Assembly (NCBI GenBank): GCA_015680685.1
Contig: MNCI01002733.1
Location: 1 to 64,000 of the forward strand
Direction: 5' to 3'
Length of the DNA stretch: 64,000 nucleotides
DNA from: Gnetum montanum
Taxonomy: Eukaryota > Plantae > Gnetophyta
Shown here: positions 1 through 12,181 of the stretch, piece after piece
How the letters are laid out: each line of letters starts with the position of its first letter
Numbering within the stretch: position 1 is the first letter of the stretch
The notes under the pieces: generated by a model
What the model saw: the letters and a program-made list of their open reading frames with translations, nothing else
Told to the model about the DNA's origin: nothing
Database searches by the model: none
Translations under genes and position numbers: made by a program

Positions 1-295
1 TGTTGACATAAATAAACACGTCATTTGCATCTTCCCCGAAACTGCTTCCAGTTACACACTTCCACCTCTCACGCCCGCCAGCCTTCCTTTTACATAAATA
101 GCGCAACACCTGAGTAGTCATGGATGGACGTTGTTCTTGCTTCTACCAATCCGGTGTTTCGCATTCTTTGTCGACGTTTTTCGGGTAAGCCCTCTAACCG
201 TCAACAAAGAGGGGCCATTGAAACATCGGGGAAAAAAAAAATTACGGGTCCGCCTCAAACGAAGATTCGTAATTCGAGCGAGAACGCGCCTCAAA

Positions 296-925
296 NNNNN
301 NNNNNNNNNNNNNNNNNNNNNNNNNNNNNNNNNNNNNNNNNNNNNNNNNNNNNNNNNNNNNNNNNNNNNNNNNNNNNNNNNNNNNNNNNNNNNNNNNNNN
401 NNNNNNNNNNNNNNNNNNNNNNNNNNNNNNNNNNNNNNNNNNNNNNNNNNNNNNNNNNNNNNNNNNNNNNNNNNNNNNNNNNNNNNNNNNNNNNNNNNNN
501 NNNNNNNNNNNNNNNNNNNNNNNNNNNNNNNNNNNNNNNNNNNNNNNNNNNNNNNNNNNNNNNNNNNNNNNNNNNNNNNNNNNNNNNNNNNNNNNNNNNN
601 NNNNNNNNNNNNNNNNNNNNNNNNNNNNNNNNNNNNNNNNNNNNNNNNNNNNNNNNNNNNNNNNNNNNNNNNNNNNNNNNNNNNNNNNNNNNNNNNNNNN
701 NNNNNNNNNNNNNNNNNNNNNNNNNNNNNNNNNNNNNNNNNNNNNNNNNNNNNNNNNNNNNNNNNNNNNNNNNNNNNNNNNNNNNNNNNNNNNNNNNNNN
801 NNNNNNNNNNNNNNNNNNNNNNNNNNNNNNNNNNNNNNNNNNNNNNNNNNNNNNNNNNNNNNNNNNNNNNNNNNNNNNNNNNNNNNNNNNNNNNNNNNNN
901 NNNNNNNNNNNNNNNNNNNNNNNNN
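296..925. other. Assembly gap (N run)
   Basis: 630 consecutive N. The four long ORFs at 118-976 exist only because they read through it. Confidence 0.99.
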
Positions 926-1661
926 ATGAGCCTGCTCTTTAGACGCACAGCACGCAAACAAGCGTGTTGTGCGTAGTCGCAGTTCGACTTAAAAGAACCG
1001 CATCGGCGAAACCCGCGACATTCGGGCCCACATCATCAGGGTTGCGGGTGTCGTGGTCTATAAATACCCCGACTGACAAATATATGAAGGGGGGGGGGGA
1101 CTTTTGACAAACAGACAGGAGACTGGACTTTTTTGAACGAAAAAGAAAAAAAAGAACCAGCAGTTAGCAGGGCGCATAACACTTTGACAGAGACCAAGAN
1201 AAGACCAAGAGGACAAGAGCATTTTTTGGGCAAGGGAAACTTATCGCCCTGAAACAGAGAAACAAGAGCAACCTCTTGGCCGCAGACACCATTCTTCAGC
1301 AGCAACAGAACACAGCACGCACGAGCTCCTAGCAGCAGATCTATCTGAAGCCGAGAGGCGAAACGGAAATCGCTTGACCATTTCTGCGCCTAAGTTTTGG
1401 CCTACGAGGTAGATCGGATTTCTGTCCAGACAGTTTTCTTGTTGTTTTGTGCTCATTTTGTATTCAGTCGTTGGGGGTCTTCTCCCATTGTAACGTAATA
1501 CACACGCAAACATACGCCAGATCCAGCATTGAGACATAGATCTTTGATCTTTGCAACATCCACTCTGTTTTCTCTCCTGAAATCAGCATCTTTCTGGTCT
1601 TCTTTGTTTTTAACGTTATCTTCGTAGCGATCCATTTACATCGTTGTCTCGCTCCGTTTTA
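926..1661 (+). mobile_element. CpG-retaining, LTR-like or promoter-like segment, unclassified
   Basis: CTATAAATACCCC at ~1058-1070, then a purine-rich and a T-rich leader. CpGs are intact, unlike the flanking repeats. Bounded by the gap and a single N at 1662, with no termini visible. Confidence 0.3.
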
Positions 1662-1662
1662 N

Positions 1663-4600
1663 GTTTGGTGGTGGCCTCCCCCATGACTATGGGTTTTTTG
1701 ACTATGGTTGATGATGGTATTGAGGCTAGTAATAAGTCCCCCTAGGATAATATGATTGGTTGTGGAACTGTTTGTAATTACCATGTGAAAAAGAAAATTT
1801 CTTAGGCATGTGCTTTTGTATGAATTTGGGATTTAATGCAAAATCCCAATACTCATGTAGATGTGACACAACTGGGAAATGGCCCTTTAGGTGGTAATAT
1901 ATGAAAATGTCACTTCTGTCATCTTCATCTATGGTTAACTCTATAGCCTTGCTTTCTTTAGCTATGTTCCCTCTTTCCCGAGAAGTGTTCCTAGTTGTTT
2001 CTTAGTTTGGCTTCCTCCATTTATTGTGATTTCCTGGTTCATTTTTTGTTACCTTCTCCTCTACATGTTATATGAAAGTTATAGATTTTTCACTTATCCA
2101 CTCTGACATCCTATCCAACCTTGCCTAGAGTTCATCAAGAGGTTGTTGCAATGGCAAGGTTTGTTGTGAAATCACCTCATTGAGAGTTGCCTCTTTTTGC
2201 TCATCATAGATATGGATCCTTTTCCTTTGAAGAGTTGGGTCCCAATTATTTTCCTCTACATTCTCTTGTTTACATAGATCTCCTACTTATTTTGCTACCT
2301 ACTCGATTAGCCTTTATATCTGATGGGATTTTAATTTCTATGATCAACCTTGAGCATACATCCCAAGGGTCTTCCTTGATTCATTACAAAGGCCATCTAT
2401 GATGTGGAAAAGTTACTCTTTTTGAGAGAAATCATAGCTAGGACATCTATGTAGTAGTGAATAGTATCTATCCAAGCCCACATCCAAGGGTTCATGATTT
2501 TCTTGCTTCCAACCTTGGATTTGTTTTCTTAGGATGGAAACTCTTGCATAGGTTTGGTATTTTGCATTGAAAATTTCTACCATTATGGACCACTAGTGGA
2601 TCAAACTTGGTTTCAATGATCTATATCAACTTTCAACTTCGTCTATTAGTATGATATGGAAGAAATTATGCTTTTGCCATCCACTTTCAATGTTTTATAA
2701 AACACAAGCATCATGGAAGGCTTGTAAATGATGTTGTGCATTAGAATTATAGCCACTACAAATTTAGGAATGTTATTCATATCAAGCTTTTGATGCAACT
2801 TTCCTTGCAATGCCTATGGGGTATTTTTACTACCTCTATGATCTACATAATGCTATTAATGGCCAACAAGGATTCACTATCATTAGACATTTCATGGTGA
2901 AAATTTCTATTTCTAAGTGTTCAAGTACATCAGTGCTTGAATAAGGATTTATAAACTTCTTGATTCCTACTATAGGCACTTAGAAAATATTCTATCATAG
3001 AAATAAACTGCAAGAACTTTCTTAAGCTATTGACCAACCAATGGCATAAATGCAATGGGGCGTACATTTATATAGGTAGATCCAAACACCACATTGATGC
3101 ATATGCATTGATGCATCAAATCATGCGTCAATGCATCAGATCATGTGTTGATGCATGACATCAAAGTAACCCATTAATGACAATTCATCATAGCCCCACA
3201 ATTGATTGAAAACTCGTACTTGAGTGAACACAAGTAGGATTGAGCTTCTTACAAAATTTGGGAATGTATGAAATCATCAATTGACTGACTGACTCCAAAA
3301 CTGATGCTAAGTACCCAAGTGTACAAATTGACAATGATTACAAAAAATGGATGTTCATTGAAATAAAGTTAGACAAATTTACGAAAATCGATAGCTAGAA
3401 CTCCTCTAATGATCAAAGATGAGAAGAAGATCAAATAGCCTTAGGAGTTAAAGGCTCTTGAGATGCTAAAGGACCTTCCCTTGCCTTTAGTGCACATGGT
3501 GGTTGAGGCTAAGGTAGTTGTGGCTATTCTACTATAGATGATACTTTTGATGAAAGATGGAAACCATCCAATAATGCTTTCATCTTCTCCTCCTTGCTTT
3601 AAGGCTCATACATCGTTCATGGAAACATGTCATGGACAAGGCATGGATAGGAATAACTCCTTAATGTTGATGAACAAGATAGTAAATTATTTTTGTTTGA
3701 TGTTAAACACTCTGATAGAGTTTTGTAGTGCATGTTAGTCATTCATCATATTGGCCAAGTTCTCCATGACTGATCATTGATCTATGAAGCACATGCAGAG
3801 AACTTTAAGCTCGATATTAGTTGTTTCCATATTTTTCTTTGTGTCTTTATGGTGCTTGAATTTGCCTTGTACAAGAGGTAAGAGCTAGTCACTTGCTTTT
3901 TGAGTTTCGACCTTGGCCTTCCAGCAATCAACATTGCCAAGTTTACATATCAAAGGTTGGCTAGCTTCATGTACTCTATCATATCTTCAATTTGCAATTC
4001 CTTAAGGTGGATTTTGGCCTTGTACATGTTAAGTCCATCAAAGATGGGCTACCATATGTCACCTCCCTATTGAAGTTGCTAAAGGACCTTGTAATGTCCC
4101 CATTCTCAAATAATGCTGCTGCATAACAAAGATGGTGCTTCTTTATAATAAGTGTTATTATTATCATAACAAGACCTGAAAAGGTAGTTGTAATTGAGAC
4201 CTAAAATGGTACATTATAATAATAGATGTGTCTCTTAAGGTAACCTTTTGGGATTTGACCTAAGAAATTTATACCAAGGCTTAGAGGTTGTGTCAACATG
4301 GATTCATAGATCTAGTCTAGGCAAGTCATAAGAGCCAGGTGAAGTAGGATAGGAAGAGGATTAGTCATCCCTTCTAGTTGGGATGTATGCCTAACCATGA
4401 TGGTAGTGCTGGATTGCCTCTAAGGGATAGATGCCAAAGGAAGAAAACCCCAAGAAACACTCTGGGAGCATGATCAAGATACTCTATTCCATATTAATCA
4501 AGCTTTCTTTTCTTTCTCCTTCTACATTTTTCTTATTATTTCCTTTACGCATAATTTTGAATGTTACATATATTTGACATTTGGTATATTGTATTCTTAT

Positions 4601-7029
4601 GCATAGTATCTAATATAATATATATTTGATGTTTTCCATGACATCCAGGAATAGGATGTCAGATGCCTTATTCAATTTTTCCTTCACTAGTTGAATTTCT
4701 TTATCATTCACCTCTTTGAAGAGTCCAAACTAGCCCCCATAATGATTTTCTACTCATTCAAATTTTAGGATCTCATTCTTCTATGTGGTTATCTCAATTA
4801 CTATTTCCTGGTGAAGGGCACGGACCTCCTCCATCAAGAGATTGTAATTCTTAGTAGCCAACCTCCTCAAATCCATGGTTACCTTGGCAAGCTACCTCTA
4901 CTACTATCATAAGAATTCTACCATATGATCTTTTTGGTTCTTAACATTCCACAAGTGATAATTCTCTTGTGTCAGAACTAGGTTCTCGTTACATACCTTT
5001 GACAAGTCCTTTTTGGTGTTGCAGATCATGTCCTCTACCAAGGACTAGTCAAAGACTACCATCTCCTTTACATGCTTTGAAGCTATAGAAAAGCTTCATC
5101 TCTTGTTATGTCTTGGTTAAGCATGATGGGATTAGCTAGTTAGGCTCTCAACTCCACAACCTCTACAACCAATCATCAATTCTTAGATGTAGCTGTCTCA
5201 AGTTGGGCATTGCGAATGATGAGCTTACCCCTAACTTCTAGCATCTCTAACTAGGTTACAGTGATGGTATATAGAAGATCAAAGATATCTAGAAGTAATT
5301 GTCTAATTTCCACTAGTTAGTCCAGCACCTCGTGTTGGGTTGTGCTTAGCCTTCCAATTATCACTCTTATGCAGATCTACACATCCCTGAGTGCAGTGAT
5401 ATTAGACACCAAGGCTATAGGAGTGTTCAATGCCTCTGCCACACAATTAGCCACCACCTCTAATACTGTCTCCTACCCTTGTTACTATATCACCAAGCTA
5501 ACTGCCCACTCATCCATCTCTAGGTACACTAAGAAAGTGGCAACATTCCTGAAATTTTCTAGGAATTGTTGTTATTCTAAGAGGGACACCATCACTTCCT
5601 AGGAACTAAGATTTGACCTTGTGGGCACCTACATCCTTTGGATAGAAAAGAATGATGCAATATCTTCTAGCCAGCTAATGGTTCTTGTTACCTCATTCAA
5701 ATTGTTCATAGCTAGCTGGTAGACTAATGGGTTACCACCACTTGTTCCTAATTGTTGCTACTATAGGAGTTTCTCAGAGAGCTTGTGCATGTGCTTAATG
5801 ACAGCATGAGCCTTAGGCATTGTTTCTTCTTAAGTGGATGATGGTGGTGGCTACTCCTCTTCTTGTAGCTTGGTATATGCCTTATCCTTCATCATCTCCT
5901 GCCAAGATGTAGTAGGAGAATGACAAAGTTTGTCATTAGCGTAGCTAGCTATGGCTTCCCTTTTGCACAATTTTTTGATTAGGCATGGAAAGAGAAGTGT
6001 CTTCCTTGCATGCTCATTCTCTTTGAAGTACTTCTCAATTTTGAGGAATATAAGTTGTAGGAGATTCACAGGGAATTTACTACTTAGAGTGGCACACACA
6101 CAGGTAGAGAAGGTGGTGATTTGGCTTAGCCTCACCATTGGGTTGATGTGGTAGGCCATAATTTTAAAGTTTGCCCTCTCTACCTTAATGAGTACACCGT
6201 ACTCCTTATGGTTGACTCCATAGGATTACTACATCCATTCTTTCTTCACTTTGGGACCCACCTGCATTGACATTTCCACCAAGGTTGTTTCAGTATCCAA
6301 CAACCTAAGGGCCTCTTCAATGGCCTCCATAGAGTAGGACACATTGATGTTCATTATCTTTGCTATGGCATCCACCCACTTGTTGCGCCAAAAGAGGTAC
6401 ATCTCTTCCATGTACCACTCTCCAATGGAAGTGAGGATAGGCCACATGGGAGAGGTTTCAGTTGTGTTTTAACCTCTTCTGGTGCCAAGTCCAAGAAAGG
6501 ATCAAAGTTTAGTTCTTGAAGAACTACACCTTAATGTCCTTGGAAAAAATATGCTTTAGGCATGCTTTAGTCAAAGTGACCTCTAGGTTTAGTTCAGGCC
6601 TACACACCTTGTCTCATTTCAATTGCCTAGTCTTAGCTATGGGAATCTATTAGATAGACTCCACCTCAAGCTCCTCCCAAAGGGGTCCCATTACATATGT
6701 TTTTGCTGCTTCCTCCAAGGGTTGCTACTATTGTTGGTCCCTTCCTCCTCTAGGTTGCTTATCCCTTGATTGGGATGGTCCTCCCTCCTACAATCTTTTA
6801 GGTCCTGATGCCATTTGTAATCACAACATGACCAAGAATTAGCATTTGATGTGTAACTTAGAATACTTGATACCTTGTCTCCTTTGATCAATTACACTTA
6901 GGCTAAGTTGTGATTATGGTAGATTGAGTATTTTAATATTATTTTAGTTTGATAACTACCAAAGCTTGTTGGTAAGGTTTAACTTTGGTGAATTTTTTAT
7001 TTTTAAGATTATTTTATTTGTTAAACCTT
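1663..7029. repeat. Copy 1 of a 5.4-kb duplicated block (copy 2 at 17604-23018)
   Basis: Collinear with 17604-23018 from GTTTGGTGGTGGCC to TTAAACCTT. ORF pairs match (5851/21888, 6229/22218, 6691/22680). Contains an Athila gag remnant (~2390-2790), a truncated LTR (2916-3190) and an env-like remnant (~5820-6450). Confidence 0.97.
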
Positions 7030-7931
7030 ATGTATGATTGTCCAATAATGCACGATGGTTACATCCATGTTGGATAATGTAGGGCACAAAGTTGCAGGTG
7101 TGATCACGAGGTACGCATGGGCAGGCATCACAGTAAGAACGAAGAACCGCCCAATTAATGGTTCATACAAGTTAATTGTTTGATTGTCAACATCTTAAAA
7201 AAAGAAATCCAGACAGCCACTATGCTGTGAGTGATGTTTCCAACTACTTCGATGCAGATGAACGATGGATATCCATGGATCATGTACTGATAGGCCACGT
7301 TTCTTTACATTTTTTTTGTAATCCACAAATCTAATATGTATGATTGTCCAATAATGCACGATGGTTACATTTACGTTGATAAAGTAGGACACAAAGTTGC
7401 AGCCGTGATCACGAGGTACGCGTGGGCAGGCATCGTAGTAAGAACAAAGAATCGCCCAATTAATGGTTCATACAAGTTAATTGTTTGATTGTGAACATCT
7501 CAAAAAAAAAAAAAAAATCCAGACTGCAACTATGCTGTGAGTGATGTTTCCAACTACTTTGATGCAGATGAACGGTGAATATCCATGGATCATGTACTAA
7601 TAGGCCACGTTTCTTTACATTTTTTTGTATTCCACAAATCTAATATGTATGATTGTCCAATAATGCACGATGGTTACATCCACGTTGATAAAGTAGGACA
7701 CAAAGTTGCAGTCGTGATCATGAGGTACGCGTGACGTTGATAAAGTAGGACACAAAGTTGCAGTCGTGATCATGAGGTACGCGTGACGTTGATAAAGTAG
7801 GACACAAAGTTGCAGTCGTGATCATGAGGTACGCGTGGGCAGGCATCACAGTAAGAATGAAGAACCGACCAATTAATGGTTCATACAAGTTAATTGTTTG
7901 ATTGTCAACATCCCAAAAAAAAAATCGGACA
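7030..7931. repeat. Tandem repeat, ~307-bp unit x ~2.6, with an internal 52-bp triplication
   Basis: Units start ATGTATGATTGTCCAATAATGCACG at 7030, 7336 and 7645. ACGTTGATAAAGTAGGACACAAAGTTGCAGTCGTGATCATGAGGTACGCGTG occurs three times at ~7683-7837. Confidence 0.95.
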
Positions 7932-8412
7932 GCGCCTGCAGAGCACCAAGTGTCGTCCGGCTTCGCCGCCGACGGCGTCACGCGCTACGGCCTGACTCTC
8001 GCGTCCAAGTGCGTGCTGACGCCGGCGTCGCGTAGCAGTGGGTCTCTGAAACCGCTGTTCATGTTGGTGAACGACGAGGTATGCATGGCGCCCTGGCACA
8101 GACTCGCCGACTGCGTCACCGGCGGTGTCCGCGCGTTCACGGATATTTATGGGTGCCACTTTTATGAGTACGGGTCGAGCCGGCCGGAGTTCCGCGCTTC
8201 CGTCAACGACACTATAGTGAGCACGGACGCCATGTTTGTGCCGTCGCTGCACGATACGTACGCGTCCGAGTTCGCGGGGCTGTCTTCCGTTGTCGATGTG
8301 GGAGGTGGCCACGGCTCCACTCTTGAGAGTCTTGTCCGCGCTTACCCTAACCTCACCACCGCCATAAACTTCGATCTCCCCCATGTCATCCACTCTGCTC
8401 CTCAGATCAAAG
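7932..8412 (+). CDS. Class II (COMT-fold) SAM-dependent O-methyltransferase, 5'-truncated first exon
   Basis: RYGLTLASK...APWHRL...VVDVGGGHG (SAM motif I)...AINFDLPHVI. Phase-1 donor AAAG|GTGCC at 8413. No start codon or N-terminal dimerisation helices upstream. Confidence 0.9.
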
Positions 8413-8557
8413 GTGCCAGCGTGTTTCTCTTTTTATTCCTCCGCTTAATTGATTTTCTTTCAAATACCGTGTAACGAAGGCAACTGGTTATGCATCGATT
8501 ATGCATTCCCGCCTCTGTTACCTCGGGAAAATTAACTTGGGTTAAGGTACGTTGCAG

Positions 8558-8622
8558 GGATCACACACGTCGCAGGAGACATGTTCAAGGAAATTCCAAA
8601 AGCCGACGCTGCTTTCATGAAA
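8558..8622 (+). CDS. O-methyltransferase internal exon (65 bp)
   Basis: TTGCAG|GG ATC...ATG AAA|GTAGGT. Encodes (G)ITHVAGDMFKEIPKADAAFMK, the GDMF exon whose 65-bp size is typical of COMT-like genes. Confidence 0.93.
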
Positions 8623-8732
8623 GTAGGTTCACAGTGTGATTATATAGTTTCTGTTTTTGTCTTTATGAACTGGAATATGGCAACTTGGCGAATGTGTTGA
8701 TACGAAATTCATATTACGATTCCATACTTTAG

Positions 8733-9047
8733 TGGGTGTTACTCCATTGGGCGGACGAGGAGTGCGTAAAGATTCTGAGCAATTGCAGAAAGGCCATTCC
8801 AGCGGACAAGGGCAAGGTCATCATCGTGGACTCGGTGTTGGAGGACGACATCTGCCCCCGTGATCGCACAGACGAGGTAGATCTGGCCCTGGCCTGCGAT
8901 CTGACTATGATTGCTCTGGCTGACGGCGGCAAAGAGCGCACAAAGAGCCAGTGGCTCCAGCTGCTCCATGCCGCAGGATTCCATGGCTACAAGTTCAAGC
9001 CACTCTCACCCCCTGATTGGCGATGCCTCATTGAAGCATTTCCATAG
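8733..9047 (+). CDS. O-methyltransferase last exon
   Basis: TACTTTAG|TGG. Encodes WVLLHWADEECVKILSNCRKAIP..GKVIIVD...GGKERT...AGF...LIEAFP, with stop TAG at 9045-9047. Confidence 0.93.
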   Translation, partial: WVLLHWADEECVKILSNCRKAIPADKGKVIIVDSVLEDDICPRDRTDEVDLALACDLTMIALADGGKERTKSQWLQLLHAAGFHGYKFKPLSPPDWRCLIEAFP

Positions 9048-9344
9048 CTGTCGTCGCCTAAATATTAATCCTAGTCTCCTACAATCCACTACTTTATAGG
9101 ACGCCTGCTTCGATATGCACATTATAGATTTTTCTCTGGTTTTTTTTATCATCTTTGCTTTCCTTTTCTTTAATCCTATGTAGCAAGCTGGCCTCAAAAG
9201 GTTTGTTATTGTACAGAAGCTTCTAAAAATAAAATAAAATCATATTCTATTATTACATTAACTCCTTTCTTATTTCACATTCTCTGCCTCATTTATGTAC
9301 TTACAGGATTTGTTTGCCATTACTCTTTCAAGTTGTACCCTACT

Positions 9345-9539
9345 TTGTTATACATATCCAGTGTTTCTCATAAAGGTTAGAAAACAAATATTTGGATGGA
9401 AAACCAAAATAGATACAATCTATAATAGATTGCCTACTATCGCGAGGATTCCATTTGTGTTAATGTGCTTGTGATTGTTATACATATCAAGTGTTTCTCA
9501 TAAAGGTTAGAAAACAAATATTTGGATGGAAAACCAAAA
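9345..9539. repeat. 65-bp direct repeat (9345-9409, 9475-9539)
   Basis: TTGTTATACATATC(C/A)AGTGTTTCTCATAAAGGTTAGAAAACAAATATTTGGATGGAAAACCAAAA occurs twice. Confidence 0.9.
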
Positions 9540-9589
9540 CAAATATATGAGATGGAAGTTATATAGAAGGTCATCCCTTTAAATTATGT

Positions 9590-9698
9590 AGGGTATTTTT
9601 TAATGAGATAGAATAAAGGTGAATGGTGAAAAAGAACTCATGTAGTTGGCCTTATTTTATTGGGACAAAGCTAGGATGATGATGATGATGATGATGAT
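9590..9698 (+). mobile_element. RTE-type LINE/SINE 3' end with (GAT)n tail
   Basis: AACTCATGTAGTTGGCCTTATTTTATTGGGACAAAGCTAG followed by (GAT)n resembles the plant RTE 3' terminus. Homologous to 12081-12181. Confidence 0.65.
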
Positions 9699-9949
9699 TT
9701 ATTGATGAGGTAGAAGAATAGATACATATTTCTAAAGATAATTTAGCTTTACATTTTGTTGTTTCAGTGTTAAAGATTTATAAAAAAGCTTATTCAATTT
9801 TTAAAAATAAATTTTATTAAACAATAGCATGAAAGAATGATTAGTGAGCTTAAATCAAATCCAAAAAGCTCTTGGAATTTATTCCATGATAGACATTAAA
9901 AGGGTTGGGATTTTTCCTTATATACTATTCAAACTTTCTTTAATAACCT

Positions 9950-11670
9950 TGTTAATCAAGAGGCTTCCCCTGCTATGCAAGATGACTCTAGTGTTCTTGA
10001 GTTATCCCTTGATGAGGTTTTTGTAAGAATTCAAAGTTATCTTTTGGGAAATGTGCTAATGTTAATGGATTATATGCAAAGCTTCTCAAATGGGGTAGTT
10101 TATTAATGTGGAAAGCAATTTGTAACCTTCTTAATAATGGGCTTTGACATGGTTTGGATCACTCTTAACATCCTAGTTGAGTAGTCTTACCTTTCAAAAA
10201 AGGGGTATATGATAGATCTTAATAATTACTGATTGATTGTAATCAATTTAGTTTTCACTAAGCTTTTGGGCACTATTTTGGAGAATAAAATTAGTTCATG
10301 TGTAAAAATGCAAGGTCTTTGTACTTAGTCACAAGTAGGCTTTAGGATGAATCATTCTACAGTAGACAATTTAATAACTTTATGTTATTGGGTAGAGAAA
10401 GCAAAAAGTTCCAACCATACAGATTTTATATGTTTTGTTGATTTTTCTAAGGCTTATCTTATTGTTGCTTGAGATAAACTTTGGAAAAGATTGGATAGCA
10501 TTAACATTCCACAAGATTTCTTTTTGGTTGCTAAAATAATCTATGAGATGATTAACATTCTTATTGAAGATAATCTTACTAGAGAAGGAATAATTACTAA
10601 TAGTTTAAAAGGAGTTAAACAAGGTTTTTATTTATCCCCTGCCCTTTTTGGTATATTTATAGATGATATGGATGAGTGGATGCAAAATGTCTCTAATCAT
10701 GCTATGTTAGTGAATGGCTTATTTTTTTAACATGCTTCTCTTTGCAGATGATGTGGTCTTGATTACAAAATTAGCTCCAGAATTAAATTATATGCTCCAA
10801 ATCCTCAATGACTACTGCTACCATTCTAGTATGAAAGTTAATATTGATAAGACTAAAATTTTAGTTTATGGTACTAGAAAGTTGAATCTTATAAATATTT
10901 AGGAGTTGAATTTGCCACTAACTATAGTTGGAATAACCTCATGATTGAAAGGGTTTCATGTGACATGTAAGCTCTATTTGCTTTAAGAAATAATTGCACT
11001 AGGAAATAACTTTTGGTATGGGAGATCAAAAGAAAAAAATTTTGTAGTCTTGTCCAACATGTATTATTATATAGGTGTGTTGTATAGGGACCTTCTCTTT
11101 CTACACATAATTAGAAAAAAATAGAGCATGTTCAAAAACAATTTCTTGTATGTGAATTTCAAGTGAAAATGCAAACTTCTTATGATATCTTACTTTTAGA
11201 AGCAAGTTTGCTTCCTCTTAAAGTTGAAGCCTTTTTTTAATTTATTGCCTGTACACAGAAGTTAAGCCACATGGAGGAATTCAATTATGCTAAAGAAATA
11301 ATGAATGCTACACAACAAAATGGATGGTTGCATCAAGGAAAATTATGACTTTAGTAATGGAATATTAAAATAGAGGATCTTCCTTTAAAAAAAAGGCTAT
11401 TTCAAAAGATTATAAAAGAAAAAGTCTTAGCTAAAGTTTGGTTGAACATGTTAGAAAAAAATACATTTTTATTTACATTTTGTTAAAGAAGGTTTCTTAT
11501 TAAGTACCCAAAAATATCTATTCTCAGCTATTCCTATTCAATTAAGGAATCAAATTACTAGAGAAAAAATGAGCTCTCATCATCTCCTTATTTAGACAAG
11601 TCATTGAATCAGAAGAGCATATTTGTAGATTGTGCAAACAAAGCATAGAAGATGAAAACATATCTTTTTT
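9950..11670 (+). mobile_element. Degenerate non-LTR retrotransposon RT (RTE/L2-like)
   Basis: SQVGFRMNHSTVDNL, CFVDFSKAY, GVKQGFYLSPALFGIFIDD and LLFADDVVL, with many stops and frameshifts. Confidence 0.9.
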
Positions 11671-12080
11671 TTCTCATCTTTGGTTCATATTTAAATGAAT
11701 TATAATTATAATTGTAATTAATTGATTATTTTCTTTCAAATTGACCATACCTACTTGGGGCATTACATCAATGTTATTTTCAACTTTCATAAAAAATATG
11801 ATGACGCTTTGTAACCATCCAGCAAATCCTTCATAATTCTTAAACATAATAAACATTTCTAGTTTCTAGTTCTCAATAAATAAAGACATGGCATTTCTTG
11901 CTTTCTTACAATTATTTAGTTTATTATTATTTTGATTGTCAAATTTTTAGAATATTGTTATACCTTTCAAGATAAATATTGAAGAGTTATGAATTTAGAA
12001 CTTTAGAATGTTGACTTATATTTTAAGCTTATGAAGATTGGTATTATTGCAACTCTTAATCTTTGCAAATGATGTAGCAT

Positions 12081-12181
12081 CCTCCTCCTCCTCCTCCTCC
12101 TAGCCTTGTCCCAACAAAATGGAGTTTACTACATGAGTTATTTTTCACTATTCACTTCTATGAAGAGCTAGATCTTTATTA
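12081..12181 (-). mobile_element. 101-bp RTE-type 3'-end insertion with (GAG)n tail and 15-bp TSD
   Basis: CAAATGATGTAGCAT at both 12066-12080 and 12182-12196. The minus strand ends ACTCATGTAG...TTGGGACAAGGCTAG followed by (GAG)n. Confidence 0.85.

Noticed and set aside
118-976. Four long ORFs of 239-281 aa
   Set aside because: They are artefacts of translating through the N gap.
7683-7837. CRISPR-like reading of this repeat or of the ~28-bp arrays
   Set aside because: The units are head-to-tail with no unique spacers, there are no cas genes, and the context is eukaryotic.
7902-8474. The 190-aa ORF as a complete protein
   Set aside because: It starts at TTG inside the tandem repeat and reads into the intron after 8412.
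7905-8984. Minus-strand ORFs 7905-8393, 8729-8941 and 8739-8984
   Set aside because: They are antisense shadows of GC-rich OMT exons.
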